Below are positions 19,390 to 29,847 of a stretch of 64,000 nucleotides of DNA, piece after piece. Below the pieces are notes generated by a model, which was not told the DNA's origin, ran no database searches, and saw nothing but the letters and a program-made list of their open reading frames with translations. Made by a program: the position numbers and the translations under genes. Source of the DNA: Candidatus Bathyarchaeota archaeon (lineage in GTDB: Archaea; Thermoproteota; Bathyarchaeia; Bathyarchaeales; Bathycorpusculaceae); contig CAVZJV010000014.1 in the NCBI GenBank assembly GCA_963775685.1, positions 608,001 to 672,000 on the forward strand. Direction: 5' to 3'. The stretch's first letter is position 1. Each line of letters opens with the position of its first letter.

Positions 19390-22131
19390 TTAGGGTCGCT
19401 TTCTTAACAACAGAATTGCCAGCAAAGCCCCAACTATGGCGATAGCAACAATGATACCTGCAACGGCCGGGACAAAGTATTGATCAGTAACAGACTGAAC
19501 CACTTCCGCAGTAGGAACTGGTGTTGGCGCTGCTGGATCAACGTTAAAAGCGGTGACTGCATGCGATGGCCAGTAAGACTCACTTCCGGCAAATGTGGCA
19601 GTGACTGTAAATTGTCCATCGATATCTGGCATCCAATCAAAACTGTAGAACCCATCAGCGTTAGCAGTGGTTGTACCGATCTCTCTTTGGTTACCATTAG
19701 CATCAATAACACTTAAGGTAACAGTTACGCCAGTTACGTTTGTTGGGCGTGGCTTTTCCATGTAGACATATTCCATCCATGCACTCTGGCTCTCATCCGA
19801 AACCGCTGGAACCCCATTGGGGAATCGCATACCATTCACTGATTGCGTTGTGCCTGGTGAAACGTCGGTCACTGTGCCTTTTATCATTGCGCTATTTCCA
19901 CTTTGCACTACGTCGTTGGTAACTTCAACTGTCATGGTACTTGGTCCTTTGCCGACAGCATAGACTTGATGGTCATAGTTATTCCAGTAGGTTAATACTC
20001 CGTCTCCAAGTGCAAATGTTGCGGGATGAGCCCAGCCTAGCATGTTCCAGACGATATCGCCGGTAGTGAGGTTAAAGACTCTAACCTTAGCACCCTTCAG
20101 AAGCGGGGTATCAGCTGAGTGCTCATGAGTTCCAATGAAAACTTTACCGTCAGCAGTTAAGCCGTGAAATACAGTGTAGTACTTGAAAATCTCGCCGCCC
20201 GTAAGAGCTGCCTGCTTCCAGAGCAACTCACCAGTATGCAAATCATAACAGAAAACATGCCCAGTATAGCCAGCAGTAATCAGTTTACCATCATAGATCG
20301 ATGATCCAAAGACGTTCATGAGACTGACCCAGGTATAGTAGCCAAATGGGTTGATATCAGATTGCGGTGCAGAGGTCCAAAGCAGATTTCCAGTATAAAC
20401 ATCAAAGCCCAGCCAAGTAAGCGATGGCATCTCCTGCATTACAAAAACGCCCTCGCCAGCGCGGATAAAAAGCCTCTGAATGACTTCATTGTTACTAACA
20501 AAGGTCATATCATAGTTCTTCATCCAAAGCATACGTCCTTCTTCGCCTGGTTTTAAGCTGACAGCAAATAGCGTTGAAACATCTTGGTTGTGATAGTAAA
20601 GTGAACTTGTGCCTGCTCTTGGTAGTGTACCGTTGCTTCCTAGCAGATAATCGCCACGCACTACCTGTAGAATAGTTGGGTTCCAATTTGAGGGCATAGT
20701 TGTTGATATTGAAACATTAAAGTCCCAAGTCGGTATGTCGGGTTGGTTGGGTGCTGTAGACGGTACTCGGATGAGGCTTGCAAGGCTTGCGTTAAATGTT
20801 CCACTTGTCTGATAGGCGAATACTCTAGACGAGTTCCATTCAAATAGTCGCCAGTCACTGCCTTCTCTTTGAATTATGTAGCGTAACTGCTCGCCTTTTG
20901 GACCAGCAACGATAGTGCCTGACGGAACAGAGTTGATGGATAGTGTTGTGGGGGTGGTTCCATAACGCGGATGAATTGCAGTGCCGAAGTTGTTTGAGAA
21001 TATGTAGCCTGGATTAATGACGCCGTGTTGGTTCATGTCATCATATTCAACGTAGTATCCAAAAGATGGACTTGCACTCATGGTTTGGTTGCGCCAGACT
21101 TCCTGACCAGTCTTAAGATCAACACATACCCAAGCGCCTCCAGAACCAGACCAAGTTATTGGTTCTTGGTAGTAGAGCCGACCGTACATGATGATCGATT
21201 GACCGTTGAATCTGGTTTGGTATTGGTGTCCTGCGTTAAAGACTTGTCCTTCTCTATCGCCCAAAAAGGCGTTTGCGTCTCCGCCGACAACTCCACCATC
21301 CTCAGTTGGTTTAGTCCACAAAATATGTCCGCTGTTTGGTGCAGTTCCTTGCGTCTGAACTCTGTTATCGGAGCTCCCAAAGTCAGTGTCGGCAGCACTG
21401 TTGAGCCAGTTTGAGGAAACTGCGCCCCAAGTATTGTCCTGCCCTTCAATTGGTCTAGCCCAGTATTCTGTTGGGAGCGGATAGTACGTAATAGCACTTG
21501 TTGAAATAGGGTCTTGCTGCACCGCCACTATGTAGGTGCGGTTGCTTGACAAGAAAGTAACTCCATAGTAGTCTCGGCCTGCGAGCGGGTAGCTACTGCT
21601 ATCGTTCCCTGCTTCTTTAAAGATCCAGTTAAGTTGTTCGAATACGACCATCACAGAGTAGTTGCCGATTGCATCGGGTGTGTACTTAGTATATGTTGTC
21701 CCTGTAGAGTCAGAAGTCAACGAACCGGATGAAGGAAGTGTTTCTGTTAATCCATCAGGTTTAGTTATTACTACATGGTATTTGTATCGGATGTCGTTGG
21801 TGTCTTGGGCTTGATAGGGAACCTGGGGGTTGAATATTACCATAGTAAATTCCTGGCCAACACCCAGTGGGTTTGGCGAAATTGTACTAAAGACCCATGT
21901 TGGAATTTGGTCGTGATATCGGTTCCAAAGAGTAAGCCTAGTAGTTGATGCGTTAGCGTCGAGATTCCAAGTCATGCCTGCGTTGATTGCATCTGCAGTT
22001 GCCTGGTTGTAGTTGATTCCGTTAATTACTTCCGCTGTTACGGTTGGTTGTGGTGCTAACATTGTCGCCATAGATGTTACTAGAATTATAGCGATAATAG
22101 TTGCCAAAGTTTGGTTTTTAGATATTCGCAT
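19390..22131 (-). CDS. Secreted, membrane-anchored PQQ-like beta-propeller surface protein (P1)
   Basis: Signal peptide from ATG 22131 (MRISKNQTLATII), PNPLGVGQ, PTEYWARP, HILWTKP..GGVVGG, DxxTGxxxW repeats, Ig-like C-terminus, TM anchor ending LRKRP. Confidence 0.88.
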   Translation of the reverse strand: MRISKNQTLATIIAIILVTSMATMLAPQPTVTAEVINGINYNQATADAINAGMTWNLDANASTTRLTLWNRYHDQIPTWVFSTISPNPLGVGQEFTMVIFNPQVPYQAQDTNDIRYKYHVVITKPDGLTETLPSSGSLTSDSTGTTYTKYTPDAIGNYSVMVVFEQLNWIFKEAGNDSSSYPLAGRDYYGVTFLSSNRTYIVAVQQDPISTSAITYYPLPTEYWARPIEGQDNTWGAVSSNWLNSAADTDFGSSDNRVQTQGTAPNSGHILWTKPTEDGGVVGGDANAFLGDREGQVFNAGHQYQTRFNGQSIIMYGRLYYQEPITWSGSGGAWVCVDLKTGQEVWRNQTMSASPSFGYYVEYDDMNQHGVINPGYIFSNNFGTAIHPRYGTTPTTLSINSVPSGTIVAGPKGEQLRYIIQREGSDWRLFEWNSSRVFAYQTSGTFNASLASLIRVPSTAPNQPDIPTWDFNVSISTTMPSNWNPTILQVVRGDYLLGSNGTLPRAGTSSLYYHNQDVSTLFAVSLKPGEEGRMLWMKNYDMTFVSNNEVIQRLFIRAGEGVFVMQEMPSLTWLGFDVYTGNLLWTSAPQSDINPFGYYTWVSLMNVFGSSIYDGKLITAGYTGHVFCYDLHTGELLWKQAALTGGEIFKYYTVFHGLTADGKVFIGTHEHSADTPLLKGAKVRVFNLTTGDIVWNMLGWAHPATFALGDGVLTYWNNYDHQVYAVGKGPSTMTVEVTNDVVQSGNSAMIKGTVTDVSPGTTQSVNGMRFPNGVPAVSDESQSAWMEYVYMEKPRPTNVTGVTVTLSVIDANGNQREIGTTTANADGFYSFDWMPDIDGQFTVTATFAGSESYWPSHAVTAFNVDPAAPTPVPTAEVVQSVTDQYFVPAVAGIIVAIAIVGALLAILLLRKRP

Positions 22132-22154
22132 TTTTTTAATTCTCCAAAGTTTAT

Positions 22155-22184
22155 AGAGTGTCCTTTCCGTAGAAAAGACACTCT
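22155..22184 (-). other. 13-bp hairpin with a cUACGg (UNCG) tetraloop in the P1 leader
   Basis: Minus strand AGAGTGTCTTTTC-TACG-GAAAGGACACTCT, between the TATA-like box and the RBS. Confidence 0.7.
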
Positions 22185-22209
22185 GCCTGCCATCTATCCA
22201 CAAGTTTGC

Positions 22210-22249
22210 TTTTAAAATGGATTGGAAAGTGGACACTTACGACAAAAAT
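22210..22249 (-). promoter_or_regulatory. Conserved upstream motif and TATA-like box of P1
   Basis: TTTGTCGTAAGTGTCCACTT then TTTTAAAA; the same motif lies before P2, P4 and P5. Confidence 0.6.
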
Positions 22250-22387
22250 GGAGTTTGAGAGGAAGCGAAATTAGAACATTGGTTGATTAGTCAGTTGTTA
22301 ATCACACCATGAAAAATCTTGCTTAATTTTAAGCCATTTAAAAAAAGCAATGGACAAAAAATCTCTGAGCCTGTTTTAGCTACTTGA

Positions 22388-22486
22388 GGTTTCAGGGGCT
22401 GTGGACGGCAAGGAGAGAAAAGAACGAAAGTGCAAATGTAACGATTAGTAAACACTGTTAATGTTAACTATGAACCTCCTCATCCT
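22388..22486 (-). repeat. Structured repeat element, degenerate copy B (upstream of P1)
   Basis: Minus strand GGATGAG-GAGGTTC...TTTGCACTTTCGTTCTTTTCTCTCCTTGCCGTCCACAGCCCCTGAAACC; core very similar to copies A and F. Confidence 0.75.
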
Positions 22487-22702
22487 CATCAACACTCAAA
22501 TTCTAATTCTTTCATCATTTTATTTTTCAGACAACACCCCGAGTTCTTTGATCAGTTGTCCCTGCCTTGGACTCGATTTAGTTGATGTGTAAAGGTGATT
22601 GATAAGAGGCATTGACGTTAAAATATCGAGGGAATTGCGAAAAATTTATGAACACTTCACCTTAAAATGTGATGTGGGCAGGATTAAGAGAAAAAGTAGG
22701 GG

Positions 22703-23566
22703 TTGCTTATGGAAGAAGACTTTGTTGTCAAAATGGAAAGCTTTGGCTTTACGGTTAACCAGGCTAAAGTGTATTTGAGTATTGTACAATCAGGTAAAAC
22801 CCGGGTAGGAAAAATTTCAAAATCAACGCAGCTACATAGGCAAGACATTTACAAACTGTTGCCTAAACTTGAAAAAATGGGATTAATTACAAAAACAATT
22901 AACAAACCATTTATGATTGAAGCCATCCCAATCGAAAAAGCGCTAGAAACTTTAATTTCGAAAGAAAGAGAAAAATCCCACAAGCGAATTTCTCATTTGG
23001 AAAGTAACCTGAAAGAAATGGTAAATTCAATCCAGAGACAACCAGAAATTAAAGAAGAAACACGATTCAATCTTCTAAGCACCGATGAAGCCATAAGAAA
23101 CAGAGGAAGTCTAACTGTTAAGAAACTGAAAAAAGAGTGCCTCTTTGTAGTCAATCTCGAAAATATTCAAACACGTTCTGCGCATTTCCGCGAATTCCTC
23201 CAGGCAATTGCCCACACGAAAGCCAAAACAAAATTAATTGTTGTAACTAAAGAAGATAATGAGGCCGCTAAACAAGCTATTGAAAAAATAGCTCCATTCA
23301 ACGGTGAATTAACCGTCAAATCAATCGATAAAGCAACCTGTAAAAACTATCAAATCTTAGATAACAAGGAAATATGGATTGCTACCCAACAGAAAACGGA
23401 ATCGGGTCATCCTAGCATGCTTTGTACAAACGACCAGAACATAATTGACGTATATAAGGAGAGTTTCAGAAAAGCGTGGAATCGCAGTAAAGCAACGATC
23501 ACGCTTGGCATCACGATTTCATCATTCGCTTGCATCTCCCTTTCGCTTATGGATTTACTTGCCTAA
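22703..23566 (+). CDS. TrmB-family transcriptional regulator
   Basis: FGFTVNQAKVYL...HRQDIYKLLPKLEKMGLI wHTH plus a C-terminal effector domain; divergent from P1. Confidence 0.85.
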   Translation: MLMEEDFVVKMESFGFTVNQAKVYLSIVQSGKTRVGKISKSTQLHRQDIYKLLPKLEKMGLITKTINKPFMIEAIPIEKALETLISKEREKSHKRISHLESNLKEMVNSIQRQPEIKEETRFNLLSTDEAIRNRGSLTVKKLKKECLFVVNLENIQTRSAHFREFLQAIAHTKAKTKLIVVTKEDNEAAKQAIEKIAPFNGELTVKSIDKATCKNYQILDNKEIWIATQQKTESGHPSMLCTNDQNIIDVYKESFRKAWNRSKATITLGITISSFACISLSLMDLLA

Positions 23567-23589
23567 AAACAGTCCAAAGACTAGGCATT

Positions 23590-24834
23590 TTATGCTTCTT
23601 TAACGCTTGGCTCGTATACTTTCCAGTATACAAAAATCGAGAGCGGTATTGCTGTTGCAGCTAACATCAGAAATGGAAGCTGGGGAGAAACATAAGCGTA
23701 CAGGAATCCAACTACGAGTTGTAGGATGGCTTGCATCAGAAACATGAAAAACTGAAGGCAGCCCGTAACTGTTCCCCTTAAACCTCTGGGAACCAAATCA
23801 CCCATTAATACGGTGTAGCTGTTTAGCTGCAACAAATTGCCCAATCCAAAGAAGAAAAACGCAAGGAGAAGCATGTTAAAATCTGCGTTAATAAAAAGGA
23901 GCATACCTGGAACATACAGTAGATACCCAAGTATCAGGAAACGTTTTCTTCCTCTGACATCCATGCTTAATCCTGCTAGTATACCAGGGATTGCTATGGT
24001 TAGGTACCTGAAGGTAACGACGATAGCCCATTGCTCAAGTGACACTTTAAGGATTGAAGTTGCATAGACCACAAAATAGGTTTGGCAACTGACTACCAGC
24101 CCGTTTATGATTATGATCGCTAAAAAGAGGTTAAAGGCTGACCTTGGGACTTTTTGCCAAACAGAAATGCCTTCTTTTACTGATTTAGCATATCCGCGGA
24201 AAGCATTTTGGATACTGATTTTTGTTTTTTGTCCTGTTTGTGGCAATGTTTCTTTTAGTCTTAGCCTTAAGACACTTATAACAAAGTATGCGGCGGCTAC
24301 GAGGGTGTATGCTATGCGCATGCCTAAATCGAAGTGAAAAGCGGCAACCAAATATTGCGCAATAAGCGGGGCAGGCAAAAGGACTATAGTTGTTATGACT
24401 GATTGAAAACTAAAGCCCGCACCTCGGTTTTCAGGCGGCAGTGAATCGATAATCATAGCCATTAGGGCTGGCCCGTAGATGGAGCAAACGTTCTGAATCA
24501 ATAAGCCGATTAGAATAAACTGCCATGACGGGGCAAATATGAAAAACAGGCTGCCTATTGCTAACCCAAAAGTCATGGTGACTATGAGCCCTCGTCTGCC
24601 TTGTTTATCCGCTAAGTAGCCGCCAGGGAACTGGACAAGAGCAACCGCTATTGATCCCGCAAAGCCCATAACCGATAATAGAAATTTGTCTGCGCCAAGG
24701 CTCAAGTAGAAGAGACTTGAATAGGTATCGGGGATGGGTTGAACGGCAAATAGGATAATCCAGCTTAGAGTGATGAGTAAAAAGTTGCCTCTCAATACGG
24801 CGGAGTCTCCGCGGAATAGCGCTGACAACTTCAT
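23590..24834 (-). CDS. MFS transporter
   Basis: GGYLADKQGRR motif A, about 12 TM helices. Confidence 0.9.
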   Translation of the reverse strand: MKLSALFRGDSAVLRGNFLLITLSWIILFAVQPIPDTYSSLFYLSLGADKFLLSVMGFAGSIAVALVQFPGGYLADKQGRRGLIVTMTFGLAIGSLFFIFAPSWQFILIGLLIQNVCSIYGPALMAMIIDSLPPENRGAGFSFQSVITTIVLLPAPLIAQYLVAAFHFDLGMRIAYTLVAAAYFVISVLRLRLKETLPQTGQKTKISIQNAFRGYAKSVKEGISVWQKVPRSAFNLFLAIIIINGLVVSCQTYFVVYATSILKVSLEQWAIVVTFRYLTIAIPGILAGLSMDVRGRKRFLILGYLLYVPGMLLFINADFNMLLLAFFFFGLGNLLQLNSYTVLMGDLVPRGLRGTVTGCLQFFMFLMQAILQLVVGFLYAYVSPQLPFLMLAATAIPLSIFVYWKVYEPSVKEA

Positions 24835-24946
24835 TACCGATAAAAATTAGTTAAGAATTATTTAAATTAAGAGAGCCAACCGCTGAAAACGATCCTAAAA
24901 AATCATTTACTGTTTTACTGCCCACAATTCTTAAATCGCCCCTGCA

Positions 24947-26341
24947 ATGAGCATAATTAGACTATCAAAAATGAAAAGCGTTCAAGAAGGAAAATTCAAG
25001 CTCAAAGCACTAAAAATTTCAGCTACTGCAATTTTTAGCGTAGTAATAGTTGAGGTTACGGTTGGCTTTCTTGTTAATAGTTTAGCGATAATGAGTGACG
25101 GCTTACATGCCTTACTCGATGCACTATCTAGCTTAATGCTGTTTTTTGCAGTTCGAGCCGCAATGAAGCCTGCTGACGAAGAACACACATATGGACATGA
25201 AAAGTTCGAGACCATAGGCGGATTAATAGGTGGTATAGTCTTAATCGCCGTTGCACTCTTAATTTTCTACGAAGCTGCTTTGAGACTTATAGAGCCCCCG
25301 CATCTTGTTGCAGGTATAGAATATGCTGGTTTTGTCGCAGTCGGCTACGCGCTTTTCATTGCTTCTCTTAGAGTTACGGTCTTCAAGAAATTCCAACATG
25401 TTGAGAGCCCCTCGATGAAAGCAGGCTTCTACGACGCTGTCTCCGATTTAAGCTCAACTCTTATAGCACTATTAGGTTTTGGCTTAGCCACATTGGGCTT
25501 TACTGGCGGCGACTCCTTCGCATCCATTTTCCTTGGAGTAATGCTTACCTACTTAAGCATCAAACTTGTAAAATTCAGCGTAATGGAGCTAAGCGACACC
25601 ACTTCAAGAGAGCTCGTGGAGAAAACGAGGAAAATAATTCTATCTTGTGAAGGCGTTGTTAAAACAGAAAACCTAAAAGTTCGAAAGGTAAGCTCAAAGA
25701 TTTTTGTTGAAGCATCAGTTCAAGTTCCCAACCTAATGAGTTTGGAAGAAGCGCATGCTTTAGCCTCAAAAATCGAATCATGCTTAAAAGATTCATTAAC
25801 AAACGTGGACGCTACCATCCACATTGAACCCTCTGACAAAGAGAAAAAAATGGACCATCTAATCGAGAAACTCGCAATAGTTGACGGTGTCATAGAAGTT
25901 CATGAAATCTCCACCATCTTTGTTGGTGGAAAACTCTACATTACTTTGCATGCCTATGTTAATCCTGAACTGTCAGTGGAAGAGGCACATAAAATTGCCG
26001 AAAACATCGAAAGCAGAATGGAGGCTGAAATTAAGTCGCTTGAAAATGTTACGGTTCACATTGAACCGGCAGGCGTCGCCATTCCTGTGGCAGAGGTGAA
26101 TGAGGCGCAACTCCGAAAAGTCGTTAATGATGTTGCTAAAAATATTTTGGGTAACCTTCGGATTAAGCGGGTGGTGACTTATGCTGCAGGTGGCAAACGC
26201 TACATAAACATTGATTGTTGCTTTACAAAGCATGTTCAGATTAAGGAGGCACATTCACTGGCATCGCAGGTTGAGAAAGAAACTAAAGAGCACTTTACCA
26301 ACGTTGTGGTTACGGTCCACATTGAGCCAGAATGCCCCTAA
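24947..26341 (+). CDS. Cation diffusion facilitator with three C-terminal dimerization domains
   Basis: SDGLHALLD, HTYGHEKFE; three repeats of E(E)AH...T(I/V)HIEP. Confidence 0.9.
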   Translation: MSIIRLSKMKSVQEGKFKLKALKISATAIFSVVIVEVTVGFLVNSLAIMSDGLHALLDALSSLMLFFAVRAAMKPADEEHTYGHEKFETIGGLIGGIVLIAVALLIFYEAALRLIEPPHLVAGIEYAGFVAVGYALFIASLRVTVFKKFQHVESPSMKAGFYDAVSDLSSTLIALLGFGLATLGFTGGDSFASIFLGVMLTYLSIKLVKFSVMELSDTTSRELVEKTRKIILSCEGVVKTENLKVRKVSSKIFVEASVQVPNLMSLEEAHALASKIESCLKDSLTNVDATIHIEPSDKEKKMDHLIEKLAIVDGVIEVHEISTIFVGGKLYITLHAYVNPELSVEEAHKIAENIESRMEAEIKSLENVTVHIEPAGVAIPVAEVNEAQLRKVVNDVAKNILGNLRIKRVVTYAAGGKRYINIDCCFTKHVQIKEAHSLASQVEKETKEHFTNVVVTVHIEPECP

Positions 26342-26479
26342 CCTAAAGAATGTTAAAAAACAAAACAAGCCGAACAAAAAAAGAAAGTTAACTAAGATAC
26401 GAAAATAATTTTAGCAAATAAATTGAGAGCCAAGAAGTAAAATTAAGGATTAAAGTAAAAAAAATAAAAAAGGATGGAT

Positions 26480-27229
26480 TTATTTTGTTTTGCGTCGGTA
26501 AACAATTGTTCCGAATGCAACTGCGACTAACGCTAAAGCAATTCCGACTGTTGCTATGCTTGAAAACTCTGGTACTGTTGGTGTTGGTTCAGTTGTGCCT
26601 TCAGGAGTGAAGACTGGCTGGTAGCTGAAGGTGTTTCCATATCCGTGGTCAACTGTGTATGGGTTATCTGTCGGAGTGGCTGTGTAGGGGTATCCACCAT
26701 GGCTTAGGTTTGGTCCTGAAATGACCCAGTGTGAGAATACCCAGCCGCTCTCAGGGGTTGCTGTTAGCATAAGTGAAGTAGCATCAGCCATCGCATAGGT
26801 CCCTGGCACTGGAGTCGTCGTTCCTCCTGCGCCAGTTAAGACGACTACGATTGCTGCTGTGGCCATGTTAGATGGAAGATTTGAAACGCCTGGTGGGGGT
26901 AGGAGGGGCGAGAAAATCGCTTGTGCATTGTAAGTTGTTCCGCCAAGAACTGGAAGTGTAACAGGGTTTTCAGAAACTACGCTGGATCCCGCATCAGTTG
27001 AAATTATCCAATATTGGAAAACGGATGCAGGGTCGGGGGTTGCTGTAAATGTTACTTGGGTGCCGTCTGGATAGGTGGTTGTTCCGGATGGGTCTGTTGT
27101 TCCGCCAAGTGAAGGCGTAACGATTACTGTGGCTTGGGTTTGTGCTTTTACGCTTACGCTTGCAAACGCCGCAATTACTAAAAGTGATGTTAGCAAAGTC
27201 AAAGCAAATATTTTTTTAGATTTAACCAT
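26480..27229 (-). CDS. Surface protein with InlB B-repeat-like domains and a PEF-CTERM sorting signal
   Basis: Signal peptide, two GGTT.P...TATP...F..W repeats, C-terminal VPEF + TM + RRKTK. Confidence 0.8.
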   Translation of the reverse strand: MVKSKKIFALTLLTSLLVIAAFASVSVKAQTQATVIVTPSLGGTTDPSGTTTYPDGTQVTFTATPDPASVFQYWIISTDAGSSVVSENPVTLPVLGGTTYNAQAIFSPLLPPPGVSNLPSNMATAAIVVVLTGAGGTTTPVPGTYAMADATSLMLTATPESGWVFSHWVISGPNLSHGGYPYTATPTDNPYTVDHGYGNTFSYQPVFTPEGTTEPTPTVPEFSSIATVGIALALVAVAFGTIVYRRKTK

Positions 27230-27495
27230 TTTATTATTTCTCCAAAATAGCATGCTTGCTTGTTTTCAATTTAACCAAATTTTATTATATTTAACTTTGT
27301 GATTGTGCCTAGACAGTAACAAGTAAACGTATGCTTCTTTGTGATCACAGCTAATTATCGCTTTTCAAATCCCAATCCCAAAAATTTTATGAAATTGCTC
27401 AGTTTGGCTGTTTTCTTTGAAAAAATATTTTCGCATAAGCTTTTAATGCTTAATATTGTTTACTATCTTAGACTGTAATTGAGGGTGCAGGGAGA

Positions 27496-29724
27496 ATGCT
27501 GTCTCGTTCGGCGGTAGTTAAACTTAAAGCAATTCTAATAATCGACTTGATGATTGTGGGTGCAGCTGCAGGGGTCTACTTTTATTTTCAATCAGAGGGT
27601 CTGATTGCGAATGGGGCTAAACCAGCCACATTTACCCTGTCCGACTTGACTGTTGATCCGCTTGAAGCTTTTGTAGGCGAATCAGTTCAAATTTCTGTTA
27701 ATTTGACAAACATTGGCGATTTAGAAGGCAACCAAACAATAAATCTTGAAATTAATAGCGCAATAAAAGACACAACCAACGTTACTCTATCAGGCAATTC
27801 TACGCAGATAATCGATTTCACCGACATAGAATTGGCCGATGGAAACTACAGCGTAAAAGTTGGCGACCTTACAGGAACATTTCTCATTAAACCCTCACCA
27901 CCAGAATCCAGTAAAATCATACTATCAAACTTTATCAGTGACCCCTATGAAATTTGGGCTAACGAAAACGTCACTTTAACTGCCAATGCAATGAACCCTT
28001 CAAGTGAAAATGACAAATTAACCGTAAAAGCAATAATTGACGACGTTATTGTGGGCACTCAGGTCATCTCATTGGAGGCTGGGGCAAGCCAAACCGTACG
28101 AATCACAATTAACGCTTCAGACATAGATGAAGGAAAACATACAGCAAAACTAAACACACTGGCGGGTTCATTTGTTGTCGTAAAAGCTGGTTACCATACG
28201 CTTACCATTAACCGTTCAGGCGGCGGCTCCAAAGCATTACCCTTTACCCTAAATGGAGAAGATCACCTGACTGCTTACCAAGCATTATTGCCTGTAGGCG
28301 AATACAGCATTGCAGTACCTAACCCCTTTAATGTTGGGACAGGTGTGCTGGAATTTTCGTATTGGAGCGACGGTAACACTAGCCCGTCGAGAACTTTCAC
28401 TTTAAGTGGCCGCATGATTCTGGTTGTAACTTACACGTTAATCAGTGGGTATGCATCTTGTCCTTCATTATATGTGTGGAATGGGACTGGATACTCTTAT
28501 GTTACTGATGTTTCAAACCCAGGTTGGCTTGGATACATCAGCCACATCAACTCTGACGGCCAAGTTGTGTTCGGAGGCGGAAACCCCTGGGACTACGTCA
28601 AGCTGGACAGCAGTTTGGTGGCGGCAAACAACGGAAACTTTGACATGACTCTTGCCCAACAATGGAACGAACTCTACTACCTCGATTCAGCCTACTTGCT
28701 GGTGGTTGACCACCCAGCTGGAACCGACGCCTACACATCCATGACTAACTACCTAAACAAAGGCTCAACAGGTCAAATCTACACAACAAGCAACGGCACA
28801 CTAGTAGCGCCTATCAGCGCCACAAACGAACAAGGACAAGATGTTCTCGCTCAAATCCTACTTAAAGACGGATTATACACACCAGGTATCAGCGGAACTG
28901 AAAGCACTTCATGGGAAAATATATCCCTTAACAAGTTAACTTTAGACTTAGGCAATTTAGCGGGTGCACCAGCAATTAAGCTTGTAATAACAGGAATGGT
29001 TGATTGGGGTCTTGCCGACACATACTATGCGTGGATAAGCCAGTTCAAAGACGCAGCTACCCAAAGTATTTTACCCGACGGCACCCAAATCATGCCTGCG
29101 CCCTATATGGAGATCAAAGATGCAAACGGCAATTGGATACGCGCTCCTCAAGACCGACAGATACCGCTACCTTCAGACTACAACTCCCGAACCTTCACCG
29201 TGGACTTAACAGGGTTATTCCCCACGGACGTTAATGATTGCCAAGTTAGATTCACCAACTTCTGGAATGTAACCTATGATTACATCGGAATAGATACAAC
29301 ACCACAACAGACAACAACCATACAAAAACTTGTCCCCACCTCGGCAGAATTCAGCCAAATGTGGGAAACACAATCCAGCGCTACCGGAGCATTCACAAGA
29401 TACGGCGATGTAACAGCGTTGCTTCAAGACGCTGACGACCTGTTCGTGATTGGGCGGCAAGGCGACCAGGTCAGCATGCTTTTCTCAACCGCCAACCTAA
29501 CCGCACCAGAGCAAGGTGTTGTTCGTGACTACTTCTTTGTGGTTGCTTGCTGGTTTAAGGACCCCATAGGCGAATGGGGATACGGCTTCAACTTCTCAGT
29601 AGATCCGATGCCTTTTATGGCTATGAGCGGATTCCCATATCCTACAACCGAGAGTTACCCCTATGATGCAGCGCATTTAGCATATATCCAACAATACAAC
29701 ACCCGGCTAATCACCTTACCATAA
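27496..29724 (+). CDS. Membrane-anchored extracellular protein with CARDB-like domains and an SCP-LYxWNG domain
   Basis: N-terminal TM, two GExVxISVxxTNxG Ig-like repeats, ASCPSLYVWNG, YGDVTALL...GD. Confidence 0.75.
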   Translation: MLSRSAVVKLKAILIIDLMIVGAAAGVYFYFQSEGLIANGAKPATFTLSDLTVDPLEAFVGESVQISVNLTNIGDLEGNQTINLEINSAIKDTTNVTLSGNSTQIIDFTDIELADGNYSVKVGDLTGTFLIKPSPPESSKIILSNFISDPYEIWANENVTLTANAMNPSSENDKLTVKAIIDDVIVGTQVISLEAGASQTVRITINASDIDEGKHTAKLNTLAGSFVVVKAGYHTLTINRSGGGSKALPFTLNGEDHLTAYQALLPVGEYSIAVPNPFNVGTGVLEFSYWSDGNTSPSRTFTLSGRMILVVTYTLISGYASCPSLYVWNGTGYSYVTDVSNPGWLGYISHINSDGQVVFGGGNPWDYVKLDSSLVAANNGNFDMTLAQQWNELYYLDSAYLLVVDHPAGTDAYTSMTNYLNKGSTGQIYTTSNGTLVAPISATNEQGQDVLAQILLKDGLYTPGISGTESTSWENISLNKLTLDLGNLAGAPAIKLVITGMVDWGLADTYYAWISQFKDAATQSILPDGTQIMPAPYMEIKDANGNWIRAPQDRQIPLPSDYNSRTFTVDLTGLFPTDVNDCQVRFTNFWNVTYDYIGIDTTPQQTTTIQKLVPTSAEFSQMWETQSSATGAFTRYGDVTALLQDADDLFVIGRQGDQVSMLFSTANLTAPEQGVVRDYFFVVACWFKDPIGEWGYGFNFSVDPMPFMAMSGFPYPTTESYPYDAAHLAYIQQYNTRLITLP

Positions 29725-29847
29725 CCCTCTTCTCCTTTTTTGTGCAGCTAAAAGAAAAAAAACATACAAGACTCAAAAATTATGTAAGATTTAAATGGTT
29801 TCACCCTTATTATTTGCTCTAATAACCCATTCAGCGAGACCTCTTGC

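Noticed and set aside
22132-22236. Track's 35-aa N-terminal extension of P1
   Set aside because: It overlaps the promoter motif and leader hairpin. The signal peptide and RBS point to ATG 22131.
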